DNA of 64,000 bases, taken from positions 128,001 to 192,000 of the forward strand of contig JAXGMI010000003.1 of assembly GCA_040768745.1 (NCBI GenBank), written 5' to 3'. The notes below the pieces were generated by a model. That model was not told the DNA's origin. It saw only the letters and a program-made list of their open reading frames with translations, and did not search any database. Shown here piece by piece: positions 1 to 10,012 of this stretch. Made by a program: the position numbers and the translations under genes. Origin of the DNA: Desulfomicrobium sp. Its GTDB lineage: Bacteria; Desulfobacterota; Desulfovibrionia; Desulfovibrionales; Desulfomicrobiaceae. Numbering within the stretch: the stretch's first letter is position 1; each line of letters begins with the position of its first letter.

Positions 1-690
1 GGTGGCCATCAGCTCCGGGTGCAGGGATCCGCAGTCCCTGTTGATGTTGAGTCCATCGGGGTCCACCCCGAGGGTGGTGACAGTGGCACCCAATTCCTCG
101 AAAATGAGCGGGGCCACGCGGTAGGCGGCGCCATGGGCACAATCCAGTACTATCTTGAGACCATCCAGGGTCATGTTCGCAGGGAAGCTGTGCTTGAGCT
201 CGACAATGTACCGCCCGGGACTGTCCTGAATTTTTCGGGCCCGGCCGACCTTGTCATGGGCCGGAAAGGCCCAGGCCATCTCTGGATTCGCAACCATTTC
301 CGCAATTTCCTGCTCGACGCTGTCCGGGAGTTTGAATCCATCCTTGTCGAAAAATTTGATTCCGTTGTCTATGAACGGGTTGTGGGACGCGGAGATGACC
401 ACCCCCAGATCGGCGCGCATGCTCCTGGTCAGAAAGCTGATGGCCGGCGTGGGCAGAGGACCAACCAGGAAGACATCCATGCCTGCGGCGCAGAGGCCAG
501 AGGTCAGCGCGTACTCGAACACGTACCCCGAAAGCCGGGTATCCTTGCCAATGACCACCCGATGCCGTCTCGCTCCCTTGCGGAAATACTGTCCCGCAGC
601 CAACCCCAGCCTGAGGACCAGTTCCGGCTGCATGGGATAGGAGTTCACGCGTCCGCGAATGCCATCCGTGCCGAACAGTTTACCCATCAT
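1..690 (-). CDS. glmM: Phosphoglucosamine mutase (5' part; runs off the window's left edge)
   Basis: Not in the ORF track. Manual translation of the minus strand from 690/687 gives (M)[33 protein letters not shown], the typical GlmM N-terminus. The start overlaps the cdaR stop codon. Confidence 0.93.
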   Translation of the reverse strand, partial: MMGKLFGTDGIRGRVNSYPMQPELVLRLGLAAGQYFRKGARRHRVVIGKDTRLSGYVFEYALTSGLCAAGMDVFLVGPLPTPAISFLTRSMRADLGVVISASHNPFIDNGIKFFDKDGFKLPDSVEQEIAEMVANPEMAWAFPAHDKVGRARKIQDSPGRYIVELKHSFPANMTLDGLKIVLDCAHGAAYRVAPLIFEELGATVTTLGVDPDGLNINRDCGSLHPELMAT

Positions 691-1616
691 TCCTCCACGG
701 GGTTCATCAAGATTTCGTTACGTTTAATCATTATCTCAATTTCCTCAGGCTTTGTCTCCAAAATCCGAACCCCTTCGGGAAAACGAGGCACGGGCCGGAT
801 CACACTCTGCCCAATGGCCGGATTGGATCCAGGATCCACAAACATATGCAGAGATTCCCGCCAATCCTTGTCTTTGAGAAGACGTACCGGCATCTCCAAC
901 CTGGCGCGCACGAATTTGGGTTCGAACGTGTAACTGAACCCTTTATACCCAACACTTTCCAGATTCATTTTCACCCATATTTCCTGGGTGATGAACCCGA
1001 ATGCAAGCTCATAGGCCACAGAAGCGACCGACGACCGCACATCCTTGGGCAGCAGCAATCGAGCCCTTCCGGATGCGTTCATCGCTCCATCTGCAAGAAC
1101 CTGAATGCGCACCGTGGAAACCCTGTCCACGGCATCCAAGGCACTGGCAAACCCGGTGATGATGACCTGTTCGGGCTCCACCTTGGAACTGCGAAGCAGC
1201 ATGTCTTCGCCGGGCATCCCCTCCCAATCGAGGTGTACGGGCACGCTTTTGGAGACCATGACGTCGGCCACCAGCTCCAGTCGGGCGGGACTTATTTCCA
1301 CAACCTCCACCGCCGAAGTGATGACCATGCTTTCAGGCACCAGGGGAATGACGTTTGTTCCGGCCTGGATCCTGCCCAGATCGAGCTTGTACGCCATGCG
1401 ACTGGCATTCAGGGAGCGAACCTGGTTGCTCGTCCCCCGGATGCGGACCTGAATCTTGCTGACAAAACCGGAGGTGATTTCCATGTGCTGCGGCAGATTG
1501 ACGAATTCGAGAGGAACCTCCAGCCACGTCTCAACCTTTTCCTGACCAGAGACCACATACCAGCACACCAGGGCCATAAAGAGAGCCAACGCTCGATATT
1601 GCCAATTATTCCACAT
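687..1616 (-). CDS. cdaR: YbbR-domain diadenylate cyclase regulator CdaR
   Basis: N-terminal TM ([14 protein letters not shown]) followed by YbbR-like beta repeats ([22 protein letters not shown]); lies between cdaA and glmM. Confidence 0.85.
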   Translation of the reverse strand: MWNNWQYRALALFMALVCWYVVSGQEKVETWLEVPLEFVNLPQHMEITSGFVSKIQVRIRGTSNQVRSLNASRMAYKLDLGRIQAGTNVIPLVPESMVITSAVEVVEISPARLELVADVMVSKSVPVHLDWEGMPGEDMLLRSSKVEPEQVIITGFASALDAVDRVSTVRIQVLADGAMNASGRARLLLPKDVRSSVASVAYELAFGFITQEIWVKMNLESVGYKGFSYTFEPKFVRARLEMPVRLLKDKDWRESLHMFVDPGSNPAIGQSVIRPVPRFPEGVRILETKPEEIEIMIKRNEILMNPVEE

Positions 1617-2374
1617 TATTTCCTCAATGCAGCGGCAAGGACCTTCTTCAGACGGACCTCATTGAGACTGCTCGTGATCCGCCCCCCCACAGCCAGGGAT
1701 ATGCTGCCACGTTCCTCGGAAACGATCAGGGCCACCGCATCGGTTTCCTCGGTCACACCGATGGCGGCGCGATGTCTGGTGCCCAGCGCGGCCTCGTGTT
1801 TCAGACCCGCGGCCAGTGGCAATATGCACGCCGCGAACTCGATTTTATTTTCGCGCAGGATCACGGCCCCGTCATGCAGGGGAGTATCGGGATGAAAAAT
1901 AGTCAGCAGCAGGTCCTTGCTGAAGGCGGCGTGCAGCTCGATACCTCCGGACACAACATCGCCGAGCGGGATGTTGCGCTCAATGACGACGAGCGCTCCG
2001 GTTTTGTTTTTGGCCATGTGCAGCAGGGCCAGGATGAGGTCGTCCAGAACCGCGCTTTGCACCGTGTCTTTCTTGAAGATCGTGGTTGCGCCCATGACCG
2101 CCAGGGCTTTGCGGATATCCCGCCGGAAGAGGATGATCACGACCAGGAAGATGGAACCCAGAAAATTGCCCAGCAGCCAGTTGAGGGTATAGAGGCCGAA
2201 CTGCCCGGAGGCGAAATACGCGGCCACCACAAGTATGAGCCCGTAAATCACGGAAACGGCGCGGGTTCCCTTGATCAGGAGAATGATGCGGAAAAAAATA
2301 TACCCCACCAGCAGAACATCGAGAATGTCCCGCCAGGTGACTTGCAGATTGCCCACTATGAAACTCAGCACCAA
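1616..2374 (-). CDS. cdaA: Membrane diadenylate cyclase CdaA/DacA
   Basis: Three N-terminal hydrophobic helices plus a DisA_N domain with LHDGAV and GTRHRAA motifs. Start is TTG 2374 or GTG 2371. Confidence 0.93.
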   Translation of the reverse strand: MVLSFIVGNLQVTWRDILDVLLVGYIFFRIILLIKGTRAVSVIYGLILVVAAYFASGQFGLYTLNWLLGNFLGSIFLVVIILFRRDIRKALAVMGATTIFKKDTVQSAVLDDLILALLHMAKNKTGALVVIERNIPLGDVVSGGIELHAAFSKDLLLTIFHPDTPLHDGAVILRENKIEFAACILPLAAGLKHEAALGTRHRAAIGVTEETDAVALIVSEERGSISLAVGGRITSSLNEVRLKKVLAAALRK

Positions 2375-3246
2375 CCCTCTCCCGGCCTGGAATTTCCCAA
2401 CACATGGGCAACCGTCAGGGCGTCCCGGATTTCGCGCACCTCATGCACCCGGTGGATGCGCACGTCCATTTGATAGAGCGCCACCGTGGCGGCAATGGTT
2501 GCCGCGTTCCGTTCGCGACCTTCCCGGCCCAGCAGGTCTTTCCACATCGATTTGTTCGACAGGGCCATGTACACTGGCCTCCCAAATCCGAATAGGCGTG
2601 TTATATTTCTCAGTATGTCCAGATTGTGCTGAAGAGTTTTGCCGAAACCGATGCCGGGGTCCAGGACAATATTTCCCTCCGGCACTCCGGCTTGGACCAG
2701 CTGACTGAGCTTGATTTCAAAAAACCTGCAGATTTCGTCCACCACATTGTCATATCGGGGCTCGACCTGCATTGTTTTCGGGCGCCCCTGACTGTGCATG
2801 AGCACATAGCCCGGGCGATACTGCGCCAGGATCCCGGTCAGGCCGGGGTCCGCTCCCAACGCCGAGACATCGTTGACGATCAACGCTCCGGCTTCCAGAC
2901 AAGCCCTGGCAACGGACGCCTTGGTCGTATCTACGGAAATCACGGCGTGGGGTCGCGTTGCCAAAATTCCCTGAACAACAGGAAGCACCCGTTCCAGCTC
3001 CAAGGCTTCGGGAACGGATTCGGAAAACGGGCGGGTACTCTCTCCGCCCACATCGACAACATCCGCACCGTGATCCAGAAGCCGCAAGCTGTTCAGAACT
3101 GCGGTCTCGCAATGGAGCGATTTGCCTCCATCATAGAACGAATCCGGAGTGACATTCACAATGCCCACAACAAAAAAGGGGGCCGGACCCAGTGTCCTCC
3201 CCCTGCACAGACCCCAGGAGACAGAATTCAGGCTCTCCCGGGCCAT
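2365..3246 (-). CDS. folP: Dihydropteroate synthase
   Basis: GIVNVTPDSFYDGG, DVGGESTRP and LDPGIGFGK motifs. Confidence 0.96.
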   Translation of the reverse strand: MARESLNSVSWGLCRGRTLGPAPFFVVGIVNVTPDSFYDGGKSLHCETAVLNSLRLLDHGADVVDVGGESTRPFSESVPEALELERVLPVVQGILATRPHAVISVDTTKASVARACLEAGALIVNDVSALGADPGLTGILAQYRPGYVLMHSQGRPKTMQVEPRYDNVVDEICRFFEIKLSQLVQAGVPEGNIVLDPGIGFGKTLQHNLDILRNITRLFGFGRPVYMALSNKSMWKDLLGREGRERNAATIAATVALYQMDVRIHRVHEVREIRDALTVAHVLGNSRPGEGWC

Positions 3247-3249
3247 GAC

Positions 3250-5172
3250 TCAACTCCCGGCCTTGTCGCTGCTGTCTTCCTCATCCAGCGCAAAGGACTC
3301 GTCCCGGGCGTTTGCATCCTGCGGCCCGAGGGGCTGCTCAGGTCCGCCGGATTGGGGGACACGTCCTCCATTGGCCTGAGCCAGAGGCTCGCCGTTGATG
3401 AGCTTGGTCACCTCGTCGCCGGTCAACGTCTCGCGATCGATCAGGGCCAGGGACAGGGCATGCAGAAGTTGGATGTTGTCCTGCAGAATGGTCTTGGCCC
3501 GGCTGTAGGCGTCGCCCAGGATGCGCTTGACCTCCAGATCGATGAGCTTGGCGGTTTCATCGCTGTAGTCCTTGATATGGGCCATGTCCCGACCGAGAAA
3601 TACTTCATCGTCTTTCTTGCCCAGGGCCATGGGACCAAACTCTTCGCTCATGCCCCATTCGCAGACCATGCGCTTGGCCATGGCGGTAGCCCGCTCTATG
3701 TCATTGCCGGCGCCCGTGGTGATGGAGTTGAAGACAATCTCCTCTGCGGCCCTGCCTCCGAACAGGACGGCCAGATTGTTCTGCAGATAGGTCTTGGAGT
3801 AGGTGTGGCGGTCATCCACCGGCAGTTGCATGGTCACGCCCAAGGCCCTGCCGCGCGGGATTATGGAAACTTTGTGAATGGGATCCGTACCAGGCAGGAA
3901 CTTGGCCACCAGGGTATGCCCCGCCTCATGGTATGCCGTGGTCTTTTTCTCCTCATCGCTCAGGATCATGGACCGGCGTTCCTTGCCCATCATGACCTTG
4001 TCTTTGGCCTCCTCAAAGTCAAGCATGGTGACCTTATCCTGATTCAGCTTGGCAGCGTGCAGGGCGGCCTCGTTGACCAGGTTTTCGAGATCCGCACCGG
4101 AGAATCCGGGTGTGCCCCGGGCCAGAACGTCCAGGTCGACCTCAGCGGAAAGAGGCGTCTTGCGTGTATGCACTTCCAGTATGCGTCTGCGGCCCCTCAG
4201 ATCGGGATTGGGGACCACCACCTGCCGGTCGAAACGGCCGGGACGCAGCAGGGCCGGATCCAAAACGTCAGGGCGGTTGGTTGCTGCGATGAGGATGACC
4301 CCCTCATTGGATTCAAAGCCATCCATTTCCACCAGCATGGCGTTCAGGGTCTGCTCCCGCTCGTCATGGCCTCCCCCCAGGCCAGCCCCACGCTGGCGGC
4401 CCACAGCATCGATTTCATCGATGAAAATGAGGCACGGGGCATTCTTTTTACCTTGAATGAACAGGTCTCTGACGCGTGCCGCGCCAACACCGACGAACAT
4501 CTCTACAAAGTCCGAACCGGAGATGGAGAAAAAGGGCACCCCTGCTTCTCCTGCCACGGCCCTGGCCAGCAGGGTCTTCCCGGTGCCAGGCCCTCCCACC
4601 AGGAGCACGCCCTTGGGAATGCGGCCTCCCAGCCGGGTGAACTTCTTGGGATTGCTCAGAAAATCGACGATCTCCTGCAGCTCCTCCTTGGCCTCGTCCA
4701 CGCCGGCCACATCGGCAAAAGTGACCTTGGTTTCTTCCTGCGACACCATCTTGGCCCGGGAACGGCCAAAGGACATGGCCTTGCCCCCACCTCCCTGCAT
4801 CTGGCGCATGAAAAAGATCCACACGCCGATGAGCAGCAGCATCGGGAACCAGGAAATGAGCAGCGTCATGTACCAGGGAGCCTCTTCCTGAGGCTCTGCC
4901 TTGACCTGCACATTGTTTTTGACCAGCGTATCGACCAGGGTTGGATCGTCAGGCGCGTAGGTGGAAAATTTCTGTTCGTTCGTCAGGACGCCTGTGATCC
5001 GGGAGCCCTGGATCTTGACGCTGACCACCTCGCTCTGCCGCACCTTGGTCAGAAATTCCGTATAGTTCAGATCGCTTGATGTCACAGGCGGCTGATTGAA
5101 CAGATTGAACAACACGATCATGGCCATGCAGATGGCCGCCCAGAGCACAAGATTCTTGGAAAAGCTATTCAA
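3250..5172 (-). CDS. ftsH: ATP-dependent zinc metalloprotease FtsH
   Basis: Two TM segments, Walker [21 protein letters not shown] zinc motif; TTG start with GGAGG RBS. Confidence 0.98.
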   Translation of the reverse strand: MNSFSKNLVLWAAICMAMIVLFNLFNQPPVTSSDLNYTEFLTKVRQSEVVSVKIQGSRITGVLTNEQKFSTYAPDDPTLVDTLVKNNVQVKAEPQEEAPWYMTLLISWFPMLLLIGVWIFFMRQMQGGGGKAMSFGRSRAKMVSQEETKVTFADVAGVDEAKEELQEIVDFLSNPKKFTRLGGRIPKGVLLVGGPGTGKTLLARAVAGEAGVPFFSISGSDFVEMFVGVGAARVRDLFIQGKKNAPCLIFIDEIDAVGRQRGAGLGGGHDEREQTLNAMLVEMDGFESNEGVILIAATNRPDVLDPALLRPGRFDRQVVVPNPDLRGRRRILEVHTRKTPLSAEVDLDVLARGTPGFSGADLENLVNEAALHAAKLNQDKVTMLDFEEAKDKVMMGKERRSMILSDEEKKTTAYHEAGHTLVAKFLPGTDPIHKVSIIPRGRALGVTMQLPVDDRHTYSKTYLQNNLAVLFGGRAAEEIVFNSITTGAGNDIERATAMAKRMVCEWGMSEEFGPMALGKKDDEVFLGRDMAHIKDYSDETAKLIDLEVKRILGDAYSRAKTILQDNIQLLHALSLALIDRETLTGDEVTKLINGEPLAQANGGRVPQSGGPEQPLGPQDANARDESFALDEEDSSDKAGS

Positions 5173-5316
5173 AGGGTAAAACCTCCATAGGCGAGACAGG
5201 CATGCTTGCCCGAGGGCAAGACTAGCTGAACGAGGTCCAACTGTTAAGGCCGGTTTTCAGAATGACAAGCAAATTTTCGTCGGAACATGCATTTTTTTGT
5301 GTCAGCCCGGAAAAAC

Positions 5317-5345
5317 TTGATCATTGGCGCGGGCGTTGATAGAGA
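5317..5345 (+). promoter_or_regulatory. Putative sigma70 promoter of tRNA-Sec
   Basis: TTGATC-17 bp-TAGAGA, ending 15 bp before the tRNA. Confidence 0.4.
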
Positions 5346-5360
5346 CAAGCCTCCCCGAGG

Positions 5361-5454
5361 GGAGGTGTATTCTAGCCGGTGCTAGGCCCGGTCTTCAAAA
5401 CCGGTGGAAGGTCGAGAGGTCTTCGGTAGGTTCGACTCCTATACACCTCCGCCA
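5361..5454 (+). tRNA. selC: tRNA-Sec (anticodon UCA)
   Basis: 94 nt; 8-bp acceptor stem GGAGGTGT/ACACCTCC, anticodon loop CTTCAAA, long variable arm, GGTTCGACTCC T-arm, G discriminator followed by CCA. Confidence 0.95.
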
Positions 5455-5508
5455 TTCGTCCCGCAGCCCATGGATGCCGCCCTTGTTTTTCTGGCCCCCC
5501 AATCCACG

Positions 5509-6639
5509 TCAGTCCTCCAGGTCCGCCGGCAGGGTGGCCCAGACCGCCTTCTTCCCCGCTTCCAGGCTTCCGTAGTCACGGTCAATTCCCAGCGCTCGGG
5601 CTGGGTTGCGGGTGACCATGGCCAGCAGCCCGGCCAATGAAATGCTGGGGATCAGGGAGCGCGCTGCACGGACCTCGCCCCACAGGTCCATGTCCGCATT
5701 GGAGGCCGGCGAGTCCGTGCCCAGGCAGAGAGGAATCCCGGCGGCATGGAGATTATGGGCCGGAGCCCGGCCTACCCCTATCCATTCATTGCTGCGCGGG
5801 CAGAGACAGACAGATGCCCCGCTGCGAACCAGAATCTCCACATCCGGCTCAGCCACCTGCACGCAATGCACGGCAAGGGTCCCTGCATCCAGGAGTCCCA
5901 ACTCCTGGGCAAAGGCCACGGCGCTCAACTGCGGAACAGAAAAATCCTTGGGCAGGATACGGCGGGCCCGCAGAAAATCTGATAATGGCCCTGACCCGCT
6001 CAGAAAAAGTTCATTTTCCCCCGGCACCTCGGCCAGGTGCAGTGTGAAGGGACGACCACGCGCCACACACCACCGCTTCACCGCCTGGGCGAGAACCGCG
6101 GAGGTGGAGTACAGAGCATGCACCCCGGCGCTGCAGGAGCCGGACCGCACTGCGGGGCAAGCCCCAGCCTTGGGGTAAGCCCCACCCTTGCGGCCCTGAC
6201 CGGCGAATTCCTGAAACAGAAGGCCGGCCATTCCCTGCGCCTCCAACGCCCGGGACGCAATCGATTGATCCCCCGCCACGACGTCGGCCACGAAGCAGGT
6301 TCCGCTGCCCCGCATGGCGCGCAGGGTTGATTCTGCAGCCTGCAACGTGCCCTTCTCCTGCAGCAGGATGGAAAAAAGCCTGTCCGCCCAGCAAGGAAAC
6401 CCCAAACCCCTGGGAATGCGCCCGGCCAGATGTGATAGCCCCAGATGCGTATGGGCGTTGATGACACCCGGGACGAGGGTGCCGGGACCGAGGTCGTGAG
6501 GCTGGCCGTCCCCTGCCACATCCCGCCACGGTCCGATGGCCGCGATGCGTCCTTCGCAAACCAGAATGCCGCCATCCCGGATTTCGGGCTGTTGCGCATC
6601 CATGGTCAGAATGCGTCCGACCCGGAACGCATGCATCAC
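5509..6639 (-). CDS. Metal-dependent amidohydrolase (nucleoside deaminase-like; possibly aminodeoxyfutalosine deaminase)
   Basis: PGVINAHTH, HALYST, HLAE, VHCVQ and LGTDS metal-binding motifs. The specific substrate is inferred only. Confidence 0.8.
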   Translation of the reverse strand: MMHAFRVGRILTMDAQQPEIRDGGILVCEGRIAAIGPWRDVAGDGQPHDLGPGTLVPGVINAHTHLGLSHLAGRIPRGLGFPCWADRLFSILLQEKGTLQAAESTLRAMRGSGTCFVADVVAGDQSIASRALEAQGMAGLLFQEFAGQGRKGGAYPKAGACPAVRSGSCSAGVHALYSTSAVLAQAVKRWCVARGRPFTLHLAEVPGENELFLSGSGPLSDFLRARRILPKDFSVPQLSAVAFAQELGLLDAGTLAVHCVQVAEPDVEILVRSGASVCLCPRSNEWIGVGRAPAHNLHAAGIPLCLGTDSPASNADMDLWGEVRAARSLIPSISLAGLLAMVTRNPARALGIDRDYGSLEAGKKAVWATLPADLED

Positions 6640-6672
6640 GCCAGACCGCTCCCAAGGTCCGGCAACAGGGAC

Positions 6673-6697
6673 AAAAAGAGGCGGCCAGGCCGCCTCT
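6673..6697 (-). terminator. Intrinsic terminator after the ABC substrate-binding protein gene
   Basis: Minus strand reads AGAGGCGGCC-T-GGCCGCCTCT-TTTT. Confidence 0.6.
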
Positions 6698-6717
6698 GGG
6701 ACATGGGACCAGACAGT

Positions 6718-7680
6718 CTATTCATAAATCCTGTCTGCAGCCTTTCTCACCTCTCCGGGTACTACGACCCCCATTTTTCCCGCCGCCTTCAGGTTCAGGT
6801 GCAGAACCAGCTCCCGCTGAGTCTCCACAGGGGTCACGGCCGGATCAACCCCATCCACCAGGAGTCGCTTGGCCATCAGACCGGTCTGGTAGCCGTGCTG
6901 ATAGTAATCAAAGGCCAGGGCGGCCACTGTGCCGCGCTGCACAGAGTCAACGTCGGCCGAAAAGAGAGGCATCTTCTCCTGTTCGCAGACCTTGACCACG
7001 GATTCCAGGGCCGAGATCACCGTGTTGTCCGTGGGCAGATAGATGACATCGACCTTGCCGATCAGGGATTTGGCCGCTTGATAGACGTCGCTGGTCTTGG
7101 CCACGGACACAGCCACAACCTCGAAGCCGATTCTGTTTCCTTGGGCCTGGACCATGGCCACGGTGGTCTTCGAGTTGGCCTCACCGGCATTGTAGATCAT
7201 GCCCAGTTTTTTCATCTGCGGATAGAATTGCAGGACCAGGGCCATGTGCTTGTCCACGGGCAACATGTCTGAAACGCCGGTGATATTGGCACCAGGCCTG
7301 TCCAGACTGCGCACCAGGCCGGCCCCGACAGGATCGGTGATGGCCGTGAAAAGCAGCGGCGTCCTGGCAAGCCCCGGGGATTTCTTGCTGGCCAGGGCGC
7401 AAGCCTGGGCCGACGGCGTGGCGATAGCCAGGACCATGTCAGGGCTTTCTCCGGCGATCTGGGCCGCGATCTGGTTGGCCGTGGCCATGTTGGCCTGGGC
7501 GTTATGCACTGCAAAGGCCGCTTCCACGCCCTGGGCCTTCAGGCTGTCCTGGAAACCTTTCAGTACTGCATCCAGGGACGGATGCTCCACGAACTGATTC
7601 ACGGAAATGGAGAAGGTCCTGGCCAATCCGGGGCAGGCCGAGACCAGGCAGAGCAACACAGCGATAAAAATCTTTTTCAT
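6718..7680 (-). CDS. ABC transporter substrate-binding protein (ABC_sub_bind/TrpX-like), orphan
   Basis: Signal peptide, QFVEHPSLD, IATPSAQ, AITDPVGAGLV, NITGVSD, PTDNTV. Confidence 0.88.
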   Translation of the reverse strand: MKKIFIAVLLCLVSACPGLARTFSISVNQFVEHPSLDAVLKGFQDSLKAQGVEAAFAVHNAQANMATANQIAAQIAGESPDMVLAIATPSAQACALASKKSPGLARTPLLFTAITDPVGAGLVRSLDRPGANITGVSDMLPVDKHMALVLQFYPQMKKLGMIYNAGEANSKTTVAMVQAQGNRIGFEVVAVSVAKTSDVYQAAKSLIGKVDVIYLPTDNTVISALESVVKVCEQEKMPLFSADVDSVQRGTVAALAFDYYQHGYQTGLMAKRLLVDGVDPAVTPVETQRELVLHLNLKAAGKMGVVVPGEVRKAADRIYE

Positions 7681-7705
7681 ACGGGTCCTTCCTGAAACGC
7701 CGCAT

Positions 7706-9370
7706 CTAGTCGATACGAAACATTTGCCCCAGTCCCTTCAGCTGTTCAGACACATCGCGCAACATTTCTGCATGCTGGCGGACTGTTTCCCCGTTCCGGC
7801 GCATTTCCGTGGCAGAAGAACTGACATCGACAATTTGTGCCGAAATTTCCGTGGCCACCCCCGTGGTCTGGGCCACGTTCTGGTTGACCTCGTCCAGGCC
7901 CTGGGAAGCCTGTCCAATGTTTTCGGCAATGTCGCGGGTCGTCACAGACTGCTCTTCCACGGCCGCGGCAATACTCGTCACAATGGAATCAATGTTGGCA
8001 ATGACTCTGGTAATCTCATCAATGCGTTTCACGGTCTGGTCCGTGGCCCCCTGGATACCGCTGATCTTGCGACGGATTTCATCGGTGGCCTGCGCTGTCT
8101 GGTTGGCCAGTTCCTTGATCTCGTTCGCCACAACGGCAAACCCTCTCCCCGCATCCCCGGCCCGGGCGGCCTCAATGGTGGCGTTGAGAGCCAGCAGGTT
8201 CGTCTGGGAGGAGATCGCCGTGATGGTCTGCGTCACGGAATGAATCTCATGGGCCACGGAGCCCAGATGGTCGACATCCGTCGAAGTGGCCTGGGCCATA
8301 TTGACAGCCACGGAGGTAATCTCCTTGGCCCGGCTTGTGTTCTTGGAAATCTCGGAAATGGTCGCGCTCATCTCCTCCGACGCGGCTGCCACGGTGGATA
8401 TATTGACCGTGGCCTGTTCAGTGGCCGCAGCCACGGAACGCATATTCTGGCTCATCTCCTCAGTTGCCGCCGCTACTGCGTCGGACCTGCCCTGATTGTC
8501 TTTGGCCACCTCGGCCATGGTTTCAGACACTGTGGTCAGCTGTCCCGATGCCTCGGACAGGGTGTCCATGCCCGAAACAATGTCCCGCATCATGGAGCGC
8601 ATGTTTTCGGTCATGGCGTTCACGCTGACCGCCAGCTGGCCCAGTTCATCGCGGCTTTTTTCTTCGATCCGGGTGGTCAGATCGCCCTTGCTGATCTCAG
8701 CTGTGGCGGCAGCCACGGTTCTGATGGGCGCGATGACGGATTTGCGCATGAACATGGACAGGGTGACCAGCAGGACAATCATGCCCAGGGCCATGATCGC
8801 TCCGCTTTCGGCCTGGCTCCGCAGGAGATCTTCCATCTGGCGGGAAATGTTCTGGGTCATGACCATGGCCCCGAGCACTGGCTGACTCGAACCGTGGCAG
8901 TGCTGGCAGGCAGGTTCATTGGGCACGGACTTCACCTGGATGGAATATGGAATTCCGCCCAGTTTTGTAATGACATCGCTTTCCCCACCTTTCCTCAGAC
9001 GTTCATCGAGCATTGTGGACAATTCTGGATTCCTGACGGAGTCGGCCAAGGACTGACGCAGCAGCGCCTCTTCGGTGGAATAGGTCACGTTGCCTTTGAA
9101 ATTGGTCAGATAGATCTCAATGTCTGCGTAATGCTGCCCCATCTCGGCAAATTTCCGGCTTGTGCCCTCATTGTCGCCCAGGGCCATGGGCTCACGGATG
9201 GCCATACCCAGCAATTGCGAGATGCGCGCTGCGTTGATCTGCACTTCATGCAGGGTGTTCTCCCGCTCCAGGTAGAAGCTCGTCCCGAAGAGAATGCCGA
9301 ACACGACCAACAGGACTAACGCGGTGATGCCCAGGATCTTGGCGCCCAGGGATTTGCGAAAGATCTCCAT
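7706..9370 (-). CDS. Methyl-accepting chemotaxis protein with periplasmic heme-c motif (DcrA-like)
   Basis: Two TMs, periplasmic CQHCH, HAMP (DELGQLA), signalling hairpin [31 protein letters not shown]. Confidence 0.92.
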   Translation of the reverse strand: MEIFRKSLGAKILGITALVLLVVFGILFGTSFYLERENTLHEVQINAARISQLLGMAIREPMALGDNEGTSRKFAEMGQHYADIEIYLTNFKGNVTYSTEEALLRQSLADSVRNPELSTMLDERLRKGGESDVITKLGGIPYSIQVKSVPNEPACQHCHGSSQPVLGAMVMTQNISRQMEDLLRSQAESGAIMALGMIVLLVTLSMFMRKSVIAPIRTVAAATAEISKGDLTTRIEEKSRDELGQLAVSVNAMTENMRSMMRDIVSGMDTLSEASGQLTTVSETMAEVAKDNQGRSDAVAAATEEMSQNMRSVAAATEQATVNISTVAAASEEMSATISEISKNTSRAKEITSVAVNMAQATSTDVDHLGSVAHEIHSVTQTITAISSQTNLLALNATIEAARAGDAGRGFAVVANEIKELANQTAQATDEIRRKISGIQGATDQTVKRIDEITRVIANIDSIVTSIAAAVEEQSVTTRDIAENIGQASQGLDEVNQNVAQTTGVATEISAQIVDVSSSATEMRRNGETVRQHAEMLRDVSEQLKGLGQMFRID

Positions 9371-9379
9371 CCCATCCTC

Positions 9380-9847
9380 CTAATGTGCTCCGCCATAGAG
9401 CAGCGGCTTGAAGTCAAAAGATTTGACTCTGGACTCGTTGTGACACGCTTCGCAATCATCCATGCTCAACGTCCCCTTGATGAGCGACGTATCACCGCCA
9501 CTTTTAACATGTTCTGAACCTGGGCCGTGGCAGACTTCGCACCCAGCGTCAGCCAGATGAGGGGTTTTCTCATAGCTGACGAATCCACCAGGCTTTCCGT
9601 ACCCTGTAGTATGACACCCGTAGCATCCGGCAAGTTCGGCTTCAGTCAAATCAGAGGCCATGATTTTCACGGACTTGGCGGAATGTGCCTTTTTCGCGAA
9701 TTTCGTGAAATTCTCGTACTGTTTTTCATGACAGTTCTTGCATTCCGCTGTCCCTACATAGGTATTTTCAGCTGGAGCGATGCAAGGCCATGTAGTCAAT
9801 GCCGCAACAACGAAACAAAGGAACATGTTCTTGAGTCGAACTTTCAT
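9380..9847 (-). CDS. Periplasmic tetraheme cytochrome c (c554-like family)
   Basis: Signal peptide plus four CxxCH motifs (CKNCH, CYGCH, CEVCH, CEACH). Start chosen at MKVRL after a GAGGT RBS. Confidence 0.88.
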   Translation of the reverse strand: MKVRLKNMFLCFVVAALTTWPCIAPAENTYVGTAECKNCHEKQYENFTKFAKKAHSAKSVKIMASDLTEAELAGCYGCHTTGYGKPGGFVSYEKTPHLADAGCEVCHGPGSEHVKSGGDTSLIKGTLSMDDCEACHNESRVKSFDFKPLLYGGAH

Positions 9848-9985
9848 ACCCACCTCATCGTCCAAGAATGAAAAGAGATAGTCATTCACGCCGCTTTACA
9901 ACAATTAGGCACATGCTTGGCGTGCAGCATTGCTCCATTCAATGCACACAGTCAATACGGCCTGCACTTTCCCCACCGAAGAGCC

Positions 9986-10012
9986 AAAAAGAAACGGCCC
10001 TGAGAGGCCGTT
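9986..10012 (-). terminator. Intrinsic terminator after argH
   Basis: Minus strand reads AACGGCC-TCTCAG-GGCCGTT-TCTTTTT, overlapping the argH stop. Confidence 0.6.

Noticed and set aside
2626..5079. 817-aa plus-strand ORF, and similar long antisense ORFs (10851-12638, 37905-40487, 47508-50534, 57095-59929)
   Set aside because: They are shadows of well-supported genes on the opposite strand. GC-rich codon bias suppresses stop codons, and they contain no motifs.
9917..9935. Sigma54 promoter candidates TGGCGTG..TTGCT here and TGGTCATGTTTTGCT near 37978-37992
   Set aside because: GG-GC spacing is off by one base in both, and sigma54 spacing is strict.
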